Shown here: positions 1 to 15,426 of the stretch, piece after piece | Position numbering within the stretch: position 1 is the stretch's first letter | How the letters are laid out: the number at the start of each line of letters is the position of its first letter | Source of the DNA: the human T2T-CHM13v2.0 reference genome, Homo sapiens | Assembly (NCBI RefSeq): GCF_009914755.1 | Contig: NC_060927.1 | DNA length: 64,000 bases | Strand: one strand, 5' to 3' | Made by a program: the position numbers and the translations under genes | Notes under the pieces: model-generated | Databases searched by the model: none | What the model saw: only the letters and a program-made list of their open reading frames with translations | What the model was told of the DNA's origin: nothing

Positions 1-44
1 ACAAGTAACTGGGAACAGTAGTTACTTCTGAGGAGTAAACCTAG

Positions 45-729
<685 letters not shown>

Positions 730-1497
730 TACTTTTCACTTTATAACTTTCAGTTCTGTTTGGACTTTTTGGTAAGAGTATGTATTATTTTTATAACAAA
801 AGCCAGCTTTTTAAAAACAAACCCCAAAATAAATGAAGTCAGTAAAAGTTACGTTTGTTCATTATAGTCACATTTACCATTTGCTTGGGTTTTCTCCTTT
901 CTGATGGGTTATCACACACAGTTGCAGCCTCAACTATGATAGGTGCCCAGGTGCCCCTTTGAAAACCTAGGCTAAGAAGTGCTTTGCAAGTGCAAACTAG
1001 GAGAAAGATATTCAGTATTTTAATATCTGCAGAAAAGCCATCACAAATGAATATTTTTTTTTTAAATAAACAACCTAGCATGTGTATTTTTCTCCAGTCA
1101 CCATGTTTTGACTCCTGAGTCTGTCACTGGCAATGCTTACCAGCAGACTAGTCACAAAAAAGAACAGAAATTGGATTTTTGTACAGTGTTCAGAATTGAG
1201 ATGTGCCACAGCAAAATTTTAAAACAATGAGTTACTGTAGAAGCCACAAAGACATAAAATATATTATGTACTAGAAAACAGATTATATACAACCTTTGTG
1301 CCATAGATTTCCATTTTAAGACTGAACCTCTTAGAATGATTATTAAGTTAATGAAAGGTATGATTAATTGGTTGATGCAAAAATTATAGCTAGAAGGATG
1401 GATGGAAAAATAAAACGATAGGTAAGTAAATAGATGAATTGATTAAGAGATGGATGACAGACACATTAGATAGGTCGTTAAGAGAGATAAACAGATT

Positions 1498-1808
1498 ACT
1501 GCTTCTCAAACTATCTGTGGTGAAGGACCGGGGTTTTATTTCCAATCTGTCAAGACCAGTATGTAGTCCTATGGTGGATGGCTTATACATAGCTCACACC
1601 ACATGTGACTCACCACACAAGAGTGACACACCCAAACTACCCTGTTCCACAAGATAATTGCATTGGTCACCTACTTGGATGTCATAGCAATGCCATTTTG
1701 CCATAAAGTTTCTAAATACTCTCAACTTCTCTATCTAGCTCTTCATAGGCCAGTTATAATTCAACTGTACACTGGCATCAGTCCATGGACCATACTTTGA
1801 GTAGCACT
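1498..1808. mobile_element. hAT-Charlie-type non-autonomous DNA transposon relic
   Basis: Terminal inverted-repeat-like ends ctgcttctcaaact ... actttgagtagcact. Confidence 0.55.
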
Positions 1809-3559
1809 AAGCTATATAATCAGTTACTTCCCAGCAGTATGCCATCAGTTCTTATTGGTTGGGCATCCACTCTAACTGGTTATTGAATTTGGTAGACCAT
1901 GCATCAGCCTTGTATAAGAAGGATAAGCAGACTGATTGACAGATAGAACAGTGGATGACAGATAAATTAGATAACCGACTAGCTAGCTAACAAATTAGAT
2001 GGGAACCGGAGAGCTGTTCTTTGGGCAAAGAATATTTCTGAATAAAGTGTTAACAATGGTACTTTCTAAATGGGGGATTCAGAGAAGATCAGAAGAATTT
2101 CTTTTCCACTTTCCTCCCTCCAACAGTGTTTGAGCATATAAAATTTTAATTAAAAAGAGAAAGAAACAATTAAATGTCCATCAGTAGGGGACATGATGTA
2201 CATTTAAATTCCTAAGCAATGGAATACTATGTGGTCCTTAAAAAAAACAGAGGTTTATGTACAGAAGAGAAATGAACTCCAAGATATATTATACTAAGTG
2301 AAAAAAAAAGAAGGTGCAGAAGAGTGTGTACAGTACACTACCATTGTGTTGTGTTGACATGGTCTAGGTGGATATCTACATTGATACATGCATGCTTGTA
2401 CTCACAAAGAGTTTCTCTGAAAAAACAAAAAAACTAGTGCTCTGGGGAGGGGGACAAGAGGACTGGAGGAGAGTGAAAGAAAGACTCTTCCCAGTAAATG
2501 CCTTTGTACTTATTTTAGGTTCTTGGTATTTAAATGTATTTATTACCTCTTTAAAAACTTTTTTTTTTAATTTAAAGAAGTCACCTGAAAACATGAACTT
2601 TCGAGTTTAGAAAATGCGTTCCTGAGAGGGAGGCCACTGGCTGCCCAGGCAGGGCATCCTCAGGGAACTGGGCCTAGGTGGGCCCTGGTGGGATGACTAT
2701 GGTTCCAGAATCTCAGTTTTGTCTGTGTCTAGTTGATCAGCCTCAGAGGAACTGAGAAAGTACCGAAAACCACAAGAGAGTATTCTGGGAACAAGCAGAC
2801 TCAAAAGCTATTCATTTACAAGCAGAAATGATAGATCCAGCAGGGGCGGTCCCAAGTCAAGGGTAGCCTGGTATCCCACTTACTTGGGAAGTAAAGACCA
2901 CCCACAATTTTGGAACTGTACTTGCTAAATTGAATATAGGATGGAGCTATGAATGGAAAGATAAAAAGACCATAATTTCCAGACTCTTTTAAGTCAGCAT
3001 AAAATGCTTAGTTCTCTAAACAACCAGGAAGATCTCAACATAGGTGACAATGGTGGGGTCTTACGCTACAGTCACAAAAAGCTAGGACTCGTGTATCTCA
3101 AAACTAAGGAGTGAGAAAGTTGACATTTACTAGCAAAAGGTCAATGAGCCCACCCTAGCTGAGGCTCCAGAACCTCAATGGGATGCATAATCATCTACCA
3201 ACCAACACCTATCTTTTAATACAAGTCAGTACAAGCTCCTCTTAGTCTCAAAAACACACCCTCAGCATTTCTGCCTCTATACCTCTCTTCCCATCCTGTT
3301 TTTCCTGGAAGGCTTGTCTGCACACCTACCTATATCTTTGCCACTTTTTGAAGGTTCCATTTATGTCTAAGCACCTTTATGAGACTTCTCTGAACACCCA
3401 GCCTTCATTCATCTCCCTCTCCACTGCATTTAGTATCTGGAGCTCTGACATTAATCTTGCAGTCAAAGGGGCACAGATACAATGGAATGCCATTTCCAAG
3501 CATGGAAGACTCCTACGAATTCCAGGGTGCAAGTTTACAATGAAAATGGCTAAAAATAA

Positions 3560-3960
3560 ATAATACAGGATTCCTTTCGAACACCTACTATGTGCCAGGC
3601 ACTGTGCTCAAGTTAAGCAATGCCAAGCAAGACAAACATCGTTCTTCCCCTGATGGAGGTTACAGTGCAGTAAAAAAAGGAAAACCAAAACTAAACAAAA
3701 CAAAAAAAAAACAGTAATATGAGAGTGGAGCAATGACTGAGGAAACAGAAGGGCCTATGGGAGGAGGAGCAGCAGCATCTAATCCAGAGTGGGAGCTGCA
3801 AGTTGGGGAAAAGTTCCTGCAGGATGTGGCATCTAAGCTGATATCTGAAGGTAATGGAGGAGTTAAGCAGGCAAAAAGCAGGGAAATAATGTTCCAGGCA
3901 AAGGAAACAGCTTGTGCCAAGTTCCTGAGGCCAGAAGGAGTACAGCCAATGGGAGAAACT
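3560..3960 (-). mobile_element. L2 fragment
   Basis: gaacacctactatgtgccaggcactgtgct ... gttccaggcaaaggaaacagcttgtgc. Confidence 0.65.
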
Positions 3961-4233
3961 GACAGACATTCTGTACAGCTGCAAATTTCAGACCTTTAGT
4001 CATATTATAAATGACTGACTTAGGACACACCTTACAAAGGCTTCCGGCAAACCAAGGTGGAAGGCAGCTGATCCAGGCTCTAGGACCACAGGTCGAAACC
4101 AGCTCTTTGGCCTGGTTTGTCTGTGTTCCCCTTCTCTCTCCAGATTCTGTCAGCTGCCTGCGGTGATAAAGCCAGCCACACATTTCTTCTTTTAGGACAT
4201 ACTCACGATGCTAACACAAACAGGAGTTCAATG

Positions 4234-4565
<332 letters not shown>

Positions 4566-4792
4566 TAGTTGTAAATTAGCTGAACTGGCTAAAGATCTTT
4601 TAGATGGCACAAAGGCAAGGCCCTGGAAGATCATCGCCCCTTTCACCGTCTAAATCCCGAACAATAACAGGAATGAACTTGCAAAGGTGGTGTTTGTGCC
4701 AGGCACTGCGCTCAGCACTTTATAAATGTTTCTTCATTTCACTTCTTCTCCTAATAGCACTGAGCAAGTGAACATCATCTTTTCCTTTCTTA

Positions 4793-5310
<518 letters not shown>

Positions 5311-5554
5311 TGGTGGAAATCTTGATGAGAATAAAATATAAATAGACAATGGAGGTGTACTACCCATTTCTGGTATATTTGGGTTTTCTTCCATCATCTC
5401 TATCTCACCATCAATGACAGTTCCAAATAGCATAACCCAGACTCAGTTCAGAAGCAAACTCTAAAAATCCATCCACCACTCCACCACCACAGTTATGCGA
5501 TCATCAAGGATACATAATTACAAGACCTAATTATGGGCCACACAATTGGCATGA

Positions 5555-5790
5555 GACAGCATGGCATAAGGACAGGAACACAGGTTTTGGAATCACAGAG
5601 TTCTAATCCCATCTCTGCCACTCACCTGTTATATGACCCCAGGACATTTATTTAACCTCACTGAGCCTCAGTTTACTTAACAGTAAAATGAGGTAATAAT
5701 ATATACCTGTTCATGGGATCACTGTGAGGGTTAAAAGAAATAATATACGTAAAAGCATCTAGGGTTATGAAAAAGTTCCATATGCATATA
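5555..5790 (+). mobile_element. MIR
   Basis: Core ttctaatcccatctctgccactcac...ttaacctcactgagcctcagttt...gtaaaatgagg. Confidence 0.8.
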
Positions 5791-7085
5791 ATTCTGTTGC
5801 TATCTCTCTGGGATGTGCTGACTCTCACTCTCTGCCTTGTCTGGCATACAGCAGGTAATCAACAAATGTCAATTACCTTTCCTGCTCATCTCCCCCTTCT
5901 CCATTTCCTCTTCCTCCCCTATCCCACACACAAAAACAGCTCAATTTGTAGTGACAATCTAGATTCCAAACAATAAAAACTAGACACTTCTCAGATGGAG
6001 TTGGGTATCCTCTGCCCAAAATGCTGAAGCAAAAGGGCACTTACAGTGAGCATTCCTATTTAGGTTTCTCTTAACCAGGAAAGTTGACTCTAACTCCTTA
6101 TTTTAAACTTAAAACTGACTTTCAACTCCAGATCCAGGTTGTCCCTCAAAGCTACAGCTGTAATCCAGAGTCAAAAATCACCTGACCCCTATTGCCAAGG
6201 TTTCTGCTTCTGATTTTGGCTGGGTAAATAGGCTATGTGTGTTGGGAGAGAGAGAAGAGAAAGCAAGAACTAACTTGTACTGAACATCTCCTGTGCGCCA
6301 GATGCTTTAAATATGCTCATCTTTCAAACCACAATGCAACAGGTATCACTCTCTTCACATTACAGACAACTGAGTTAGCAGACAGTATTTTTTGAATGAC
6401 AAAGGGCCCTTATGAAAACAGCTACATTATACTGTCATTCAAAGATAAACAGAAAAAACAAGCCAGAGTCAGAACAATTTTTAAGTAAATACGTTCAGAT
6501 AAAAAAGGACTTGAAAAACTTACCTCCTACAAACCACTTCTTAAGAAGTTACTCAAGCATGTACTGCAGCAAAATGAGGGATAAACCAAAAAAATAGGAA
6601 GACACGGGAAAAGGAAACAGCACTTCCAGCCATGGAAAGAAGTTCCAGGATGACAGCTCTGTAGTGGGCTTAGTGAATAACCAGTTCAGAACGGCACAGA
6701 ACGAGAAAGGAATCTCGGCATACAGCTTAGACAAAGAAGACTCGATAGGTTAGACAAGATTGAGAGCCTAGAAAACTTTTGAGATCATAATAATGGCAAA
6801 TAATGCATGAACACATTAAAAGGCAATCAGAAATACTAGGGAAAAAATTTAAGAAAGTCATGGTCCAAATATGAAAAAACTAAAAGGTAACACAAATTTA
6901 AACAACTGATGAAGAGTGAGAAAACAAAAAATCCCATTTGACTTTGGGGCTAGATATCTCATCCTTTGATTGGCCCAGGAATCCTAAAACCAGACCCACA
7001 GTGCAAGTCTAAAATCCAATCCTGACACACAAGGCAATGAATCATTTCACAGAATTGTAGTCATGTAAATGTTGCCTATGGATTT

Positions 7086-7400
7086 TCTTTTTTTTTTTTT
7101 TTTTTGAGATGGAGTCTGGCTCTGTTGCCCAGGCTGGAGTGCAGTGGCGCGATCTCGGCTCACTGCAAGCTCCGCCTCCGGGGTTCACACCATTCTCCTG
7201 CCTCAGCCTCCTGAGTAGGACTACAGGCGCCCGCTGCCACGCCCGGCTAATTTTTTTTTTTTTTTTTTTTTTTGTATTTTTTAGTAGAGACGGGGTTTCA
7301 CGGTGTTAGCCAGGATGATCTCCATCTCCTGACCTCGTGATCCGCCCGCCTCGGCCTCCCAAAGTGCTGGGATTACAGGCATGAGCCACTGCGCCCGGCC
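7086..7400 (-). mobile_element. AluY with expanded middle poly(T) linker
   Basis: AluY diagnostics (gcaagctccgcctc, gttagccaggatg); TSD tatggattttc. Confidence 0.95.
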
Positions 7401-7600
7401 TTATGGATTTTCAACTTTAAGAATCATATACGAATAAGATGGTCAACTTTGGGGCAAAGCACAAATACAGGTTATGGGTTCAGGGCTTTGGCAATGTGGA
7501 AAGCAACATTGTCAAAAAGTGAACAGTAGAACTGGTAGCAATCCAAACATTACTGACATACAGCATAAGGAATCAAGAAATACTATCCAAAGTTGAAAAA

Positions 7601-7878
7601 GCCAGGTGTGGTGGCTCACACCTGTAATCCTAGTGCTTTAGGAAGCCGGTGGGAGGATTGCTTGAGGCCAGGAGTTTGAGACCAGCCTGGGCAGCATAGG
7701 AAACCCTGTCTCTACAAAAAAGTTAAATAAATTAGCCAAATATGGTGGTGCAAACCTATAGTCGTAGTTACTCAGGAAGCTGAGGTGGGAGGATCACTTG
7801 AGCCCAGGAATTTGAGGCTTCAGTGAGCTATGATTCCCACTGCACTCTAGCCTGGGTGACAGAGACAGACCCCATCTC

Positions 7879-7908
<30 letters not shown>
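7601..7908 (+). mobile_element. AluJ
   Basis: gggaggattgcttgaggccagg / gtgagctatgat diagnostics; long A-tail. Confidence 0.92.
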
Positions 7909-7909
<1 letters not shown>

Positions 7910-9227
7910 TGATTATTTAAAAAAGGTGACCTAACAGACAAATTTAAAATATTATAAACATCAAACCTGGGAGAGAAAAAAGAAAACTAGCTTAAAGAGC
8001 TACATTCTCACTTTCATATCAGGTGCTAAAAGTTGATAAATCAAAACATGGTGGTAAAAGCACATTACTTAAGCTTAAGAAGGTAACAATCTAAGAATTA
8101 AATATGGGTACAGTTGAAAAAAATTAAAAGTTGCCCTCTGTGAGCCTTGAGGAGGTGAAGGAAACCATTGTTTTTCAACAAATGTCCTCCTGTATATTGG
8201 ATTTGTTACCAAGTGCATGGATCACTTGGACAAAAATAATTTTCTGTCACACATTTGAGAAAAGGCAAAACACTAAAATTGTCACTAAAAATGAGACGTG
8301 GCAGCCAAATGTTATAGTCTGAATTGTATTTAAGAGGAGGATAAAATCTTTTTTCTTATAAAATCACGTTACTCAAATGAAAGATTTTTACAAGAATGTT
8401 TGCGAAAGAGTAAAGATGGGAAATTCTACTGAAGCTAGATAACTTTCTTCTTTATAATTCCCCATTTTCTGGTTTATGTATAGAAAGCATGTATTCTATT
8501 TATAATCAGAGACCTTTTAAAAATTTAATGTGATCAGTATTCAGTCAGTGTGCCAGGTTGCCCAACACCCCAGCCTGATTCATGAGATTGAGAGGACAGC
8601 AGGAATAATGAATGAACACAGTGGTTTTCAGAGGCTAGGTGTTTTAACATTCAATCTGCTTCACTGTTACTCTAATTTTTAAAAACTTTTTATTTAGAGA
8701 TGGGGTGGGGGTGGTAGTGGCTGCAGGTGGGCACCACCATGCCCTAGTCATTGTTACTCTAAAGGAATATCTGAATACCACAGGACACCTGAACACCACA
8801 GGAAAGCTGTGAATGCTCAGGAAAGGTGCCTTCAGGAGGTTGCAGAAAGTGATTACATCATATACCTAGGAATAATCTTACCTGAGAAAATGACAAAAGG
8901 CTTTTTTAAAGCTTCTTAGATGTCCAGGCTCTGTTTCCCATTAAGTTCATTGTTTAGCTAAGGAAGTGACATGGGGGAAAGGTGTCGGTGGGGAAAAAGG
9001 AAAACTGTTGCCTAAGTAGACAGCAACAGATTAGAGGTCCAGTCCAGGGTCCACCATTAAATAACCACATGACTTTCCCAAATTCCTATCATCACCCTTC
9101 CGTGGCCTCAATTTTCTAGTCAAAAACTAAACTAAACAAAATTGACCCTTGTCATTCTAAAATCCTTTGATTTCCAACTTATAAAGCTCTCAACTCCCAA
9201 CAGAGTCAAGAAAAAGATTCTTCTTCT

Positions 9228-9380
9228 GGCTGGGCATGGTAGCTCATGCCTGTAATCCAAGCACTTTGGGAGGCCAAGGCAGGAGAATCACTTGAGTACA
9301 GGAGTTTGAGACTAGCCTAGGCAACATAGTGAAACCCCATCTCTACCCCAGCCAAAAATAAAAAAATTAAAAAAAAAAAT
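9228..9380 (+). mobile_element. Alu left monomer (FLAM-like)
   Basis: ggctgggcatggtagctcatgcctgtaatcc...ccccatctcta plus A-rich tail. Confidence 0.88.
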
Positions 9381-10081
9381 GTATCTGCTAGCCTCAGCCC
9401 TATTTCATAGATGGCAAGTAAAGTAATAAACAGACATAATGAAAAGTAACTCCAAGTGAGTCACCATCATTTTTCAAGCTTCTACTTAATCCACTGAAAT
9501 ACACTGCCTTTTGAGGCTGTGTAACAAAGTGTATGACATTTACCTAATTCCAACTTTAAACAAAACTCTACAAGAAATTCAGAGAACTCTTGGCAGATTG
9601 CTTATCCTTAAAGACAATAGTCACTGACAAATTCTTAACCTCTCTTAGTCACTTGGCCAAAATACTTCCAGGGATAGCATCAGAGCAGGCCAGCCTACTA
9701 CTTACACATTTTTTTCAGCTGTCATTTTCATTGACTACCCAAAGTGAAATGAAGATGCACTCTGCTTTGGATTGGAGAGTGGTTGTGGTTGGGGGGATGG
9801 GCAGAGAGATCACAGCAACTTTCTCTAAATCCAAGGCTAACTTCCACTTTTGCCCTTGTTCACAGGCAGTTCTGAGCTACTCCAATCATTCAAAACACAA
9901 TGTATAAAGGAATTTTTTTGTTTTGCTTTTGTTTCAGGGTCTTTTTCGTCTAGTTTTCCTCAGATATTAGGCAAGCCTAGCTCCTATTTCATATTTTTAA
10001 TAATCACAGTTATACTGATCATATACCATACGTATGTGTGTATATATTCATAAACACAGTTTAGAAATCATGTAGGGCTGG

Positions 10082-10726
<645 letters not shown>

Positions 10727-11994
10727 TTATTACATCATATTCTTGACTCCACCAGCTACTTAGAAGTCAAAGGACTGAGCACATGTCCAAACTATCACTC
10801 AATAACCCAGAGAAGACCAGCTGTGGCATAAATGACCATCAAGTCTGTTTCAGAATCTCAGCATTACACCAATCTCAGAAACAACAAAAGAACTCCTTGG
10901 ACAAGATATCAACAGCCTTGAGATGGGGAAGTAATAAGAATTGGTCACTGGTATGAATCAATGGGCTCACTATAGTAAACTTCATCCATCACTGTGTATT
11001 CATTCTTAGGGCTCTCTCATAGCAATCAGAGCATCAAATATTAGTGCCAAAGAAAGGCTTGATTAAACTTTTAAAATTGTACATAGTGTCTTCACTTTTG
11101 CACTAAGGCTACTCTACTAAAGAAATATGGGCTTTAAAATGAAGTCTAAGTCAAGTTCTTAGGAGAGGAGTTTCCCTCACTGGCAGTGCAGGCAATCCTG
11201 AAACAAGTGGTTAGGCTGGCACAACCTCCATCTTTGATAGCCTGACCCTATGACCTCAATGGAACATTTCAAGTTCCAGCCTGGTTTCTCCTGAGGAATG
11301 TAGTTATCTTAGGGTACCACAATTGAAACAACCTCCTCTAGTGTTTGAGAATATATTTTCCTGTGGGGTGTAATTTGAAAATTTCAACTAATGTAAAATT
11401 CATGACATCAAAAAGCTGGAACAATGTGAAAGGAAGAAGAGTGACAAAGCAGGCTTGTGATTTGATGGTATTTTAGGTTAACAAGTTTAATGTAATAAAA
11501 CTCCTAACAATTTCCACACGATTGATTTGTCCAGCCCACAACTACTCCACCACACAGTTGCTAATAACATCACTGTGCTGTGTGGTCATTATGTCACCCA
11601 GCTGGGAGCACTATGGCCTACCAACCACTGTTCACTTTTCCAGCTTGCTTTTCCCAAGAAGATAGAAACTGCAGACCACCTACTTCACCAAAAGTCCCTC
11701 TGTTCCCCAAGCTTCACAGCTTTTCTCTGATTTATCTCGGTGTCACATCCCAAAGGGCCTGGCTCTGGACTATCTGACTTAGAGTGGCCAAGGAAGGGAC
11801 TAAGGGTCTGTGCCCAAGAGTTGGCTTCAGTCCTGCAGATTCAAGGCAAAGTCACCTGTGTGTTTTATGGTGGATGAACTTCACCACTGCTTCTGATCCC
11901 TGCTTCTGATCCCTTACAATTCCAACACTCAGAGACTCACTCCCTGCTTCCAGCTCTCCATATCTGTGAAATAACCGTGGAAGGACACGCACCA

Positions 11995-12054
<60 letters not shown>

Positions 12055-12070
12055 GAACACACGCGCGCGT
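11995..12070. repeat. Compound (CT)n(CA)n(CG)n microsatellite
   Basis: tctctc...cacaca...acgcgcgcgt directly visible. Confidence 0.95.
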
Positions 12071-12114
12071 TGGGCACTGTGACTTGGTGCCTTCTTCGGC
12101 TCCAGGCTGACTTA

Positions 12115-12576
<462 letters not shown>

Positions 12577-13004
12577 TTATTTAAAGTCGGAGGAAGTGGG
12601 TAAGAGGGTTACAGGGTGAGAGGGCGAGATGGTGGGAGAAAGAATAGAGGGAAAAGGAAACGAGGAGACAGATAATTGCCCGCCTGGAGATCCCAGACAC
12701 TCAGCGGTAAGACCAGCAGGATGGGGGAGGGGTCCCTCCTGGCCTCGAGAATTATGCAACTTTCTTGAAGCAAAGAAGTTGCCTGGAGGAGGAGAAGATA
12801 GGGCGAGGGGTGGAGGGAATAACTGCACTCGGGGCTTGCTGAACCGCAGGATGGCAAAGGAAAGGTCGCACGATTCCAGGACAGGCAGCCCCCCGAAAGA
12901 AGTTCAGCCCGAGCCAACTCCACCACGTCTCGACTCCGGAAGCCCGAGGAGCCTGGAGCCCTGGAGTGGTGCCGGATGAGCGCGCGAGCTCCAGCGGGCA
13001 CTAC

Positions 13005-13265
13005 CTGGGCGGGCAGCGAAGCTGAGCCTGAGCGCGCGGCGGCCGCCGTCCCGCCCGAACTTGCCGTCGGGCCTGGGTCGCTCGGGTGAGTCCCGAGATT
13101 GCGGAGCTGGAGCCGAGGCTTGGCTGACAAATCCCGACCCGACTCTGTGCCTGGCAGTCTAAGGGCTTCGGCTCTCACATCCCCCGAGCTGGCCTAAGGC
13201 GCTAGTGCTGGGCGAAAAGGAGGCGCAGGAGAAGCAGACAGCGCGGCCGCAGCAGCTCCCGGACT
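13005..13265 (-). other. WWTR1: WWTR1 non-coding exon 1 (5'UTR); 5' boundary/TSS approximate
   Basis: Donor GCCCAG|GTAGTG at 13004 inside the CpG island. Joined to exon 2 it gives ...GCCCAGAAGATG, matching my recollection of the WWTR1 mRNA. The TSS cannot be fixed from sequence alone. Confidence 0.8.
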
Positions 13266-13380
13266 GTCCCATAAACAAAGTTTGGAGCAAACTCCCACCC
13301 CCAGGAAAGAGGCGGGCCCGAAAGTTGAGCTGTTGAATTATGTATGACCTCCTAGTCCCTAGCCGGCCAGCCCCCGCTCG

Positions 13381-13409
13381 CCCCTCCTCTTCCTCCTCCT
13401 CCTCCTCCC
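13381..13409. repeat. (CCT)n/(GGA)n purine-pyrimidine tract
   Basis: cccctcctcttcctcctcctcctcctccc. Confidence 0.85.
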
Positions 13410-13525
13410 ACCTCGGCTCCAGAAAACCCTGGGCGTGATGGGTACTTTACTGGGTAAGAGGAGACGGGTGCCCCCCACCCACTCCTCCCGGCCGCGCGGA
13501 CCTCTCCCGCGCAGACCTGCATCTG

Positions 13526-13532
13526 CATTCCT
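13526..13532 (+). promoter_or_regulatory. MCAT/TEAD motif
   Basis: CATTCCT; a second site GGAATGT at 14112-14118. Motif match only. Confidence 0.4.
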
Positions 13533-13834
13533 TTGAGTTTACCACGGACTTGGGGCGGGATCAAAGGGAAAGTGGCCTGAGCCTGTTTCATCAAGGGGTT
13601 GTGGACCGAAACCAAGGCCGGGGGTGGCGGAGGGCACGCGGATGAGGGGCTCAGGCCTAGGAAGGGCCGGTCCTGGACACCGCGCCCTCCCCTGCAGCCA
13701 GGCGCCGAGGCCTGCAGCACCCGGAGCGCCGCACTGACCCGCGATTCTGCCCGAAGGCCGGCCCGGGTGCGCCCCGGCGCGGGGAGACACCAACAAGGCC
13801 AGCTTTTCCACGAGAGGCTGCTTAGCTCTTGTGA

Positions 13835-13844
13835 CCATATTTGG
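13835..13844. promoter_or_regulatory. Perfect CArG box (SRF/MRTF site)
   Basis: CCATATTTGG = CC(A/T)6GG, about 0.6 kb upstream of exon 1; MRTF-SRF control of TAZ transcription is established. Confidence 0.75.
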
Positions 13845-14008
13845 TCTGGCGAGGAGGCATCTTGGCTGCCTGGCTCTCAATTGTCTGCTAGAGCACAGAC
13901 GGTGCCCAGAAAGTGCCTCTGTCACTGGAGATGCGGCTTCGCCAACGGGTGGGTTGTAAACAAACAACTTTCAAACCATTCATCAATCCTTAATTTCCTC
14001 TACGGGGG

Positions 14009-14015
14009 TGACTCA
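14009..14015. promoter_or_regulatory. AP-1 (TRE) motif
   Basis: TGACTCA in the promoter-proximal region; motif match only. Confidence 0.4.
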
Positions 14016-14525
14016 GGCCACTAGAGATTGAGAAGAAAAAGCTGGGTGTTGGAAGAGAAGAGCAATTGCACCCCCCTCCCCCGCAACATCCGTGAGGGTT
14101 GTGGGAGGATTGGAATGTCCCTGCCGCCCTCCGGGGAGCCTGGAGCCGGGATGGAACCCGAGCAGGTGGCTGGAAGTAGAGAGGGTGCGCCAGTGACCCG
14201 AAAAAAGCCACCCACCTTCCCACCAACTAGATCTGGGCGAGGGATGGAGACCCCCTGCCTCTAGCTAAGGGAAGAAGGTCAAGTCTGGCGAAACAGCTGC
14301 GGGAAGTAGGAGGAGGCCTTGCCCTTCAGAGCAGCTCAATTTCTTTTCTCTCTGGTTGCCTCTCCACTGAGGGGAAAGGGTGGGGGGAGATGGCGAGGTA
14401 AGCCAAATTCCAGGAAGCCCCTACTCCACCCCATTTGATTCAAATAGGAGTTTATTAAGTAAATCAAACGAGACAATGTAAAGCACTTCGCACAGCACCG
14501 GGCTGGTTACGTAAGTGTTTGTTAA

Positions 14526-14873
<348 letters not shown>

Positions 14874-15138
14874 CTGCCTTAATATTTTTACAGGGTAAAA
14901 TAAAGTCGAAGTTAAAATCTGGAGCTGCCTTGGAGGAGAAAAGTTTAAGGAAAAGACAAGGCCACTCATAGTTTTGCCTCGGAAAAGGTAGAATTTTGGG
15001 GCCACTCCCTGAATGGCTGCATCCATATCCAAAACAGAACCACCAAAGTGAGCCACTTCCCCTGTTATCTGTACTTGGAGGTGGCTCCAATTCCAGACTC
15101 CTCATAGACTGGAAGAAATTAGGGCCATCTTAGACTAA

Positions 15139-15426
<288 letters not shown>

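Larger units (their letters stand above)
6400..8250 (+). mobile_element. Old L1 (L1M/L1ME) fragments interrupted by Alus
   Basis: A-rich, degenerate L1-like sequence; family not resolved. Confidence 0.45.
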
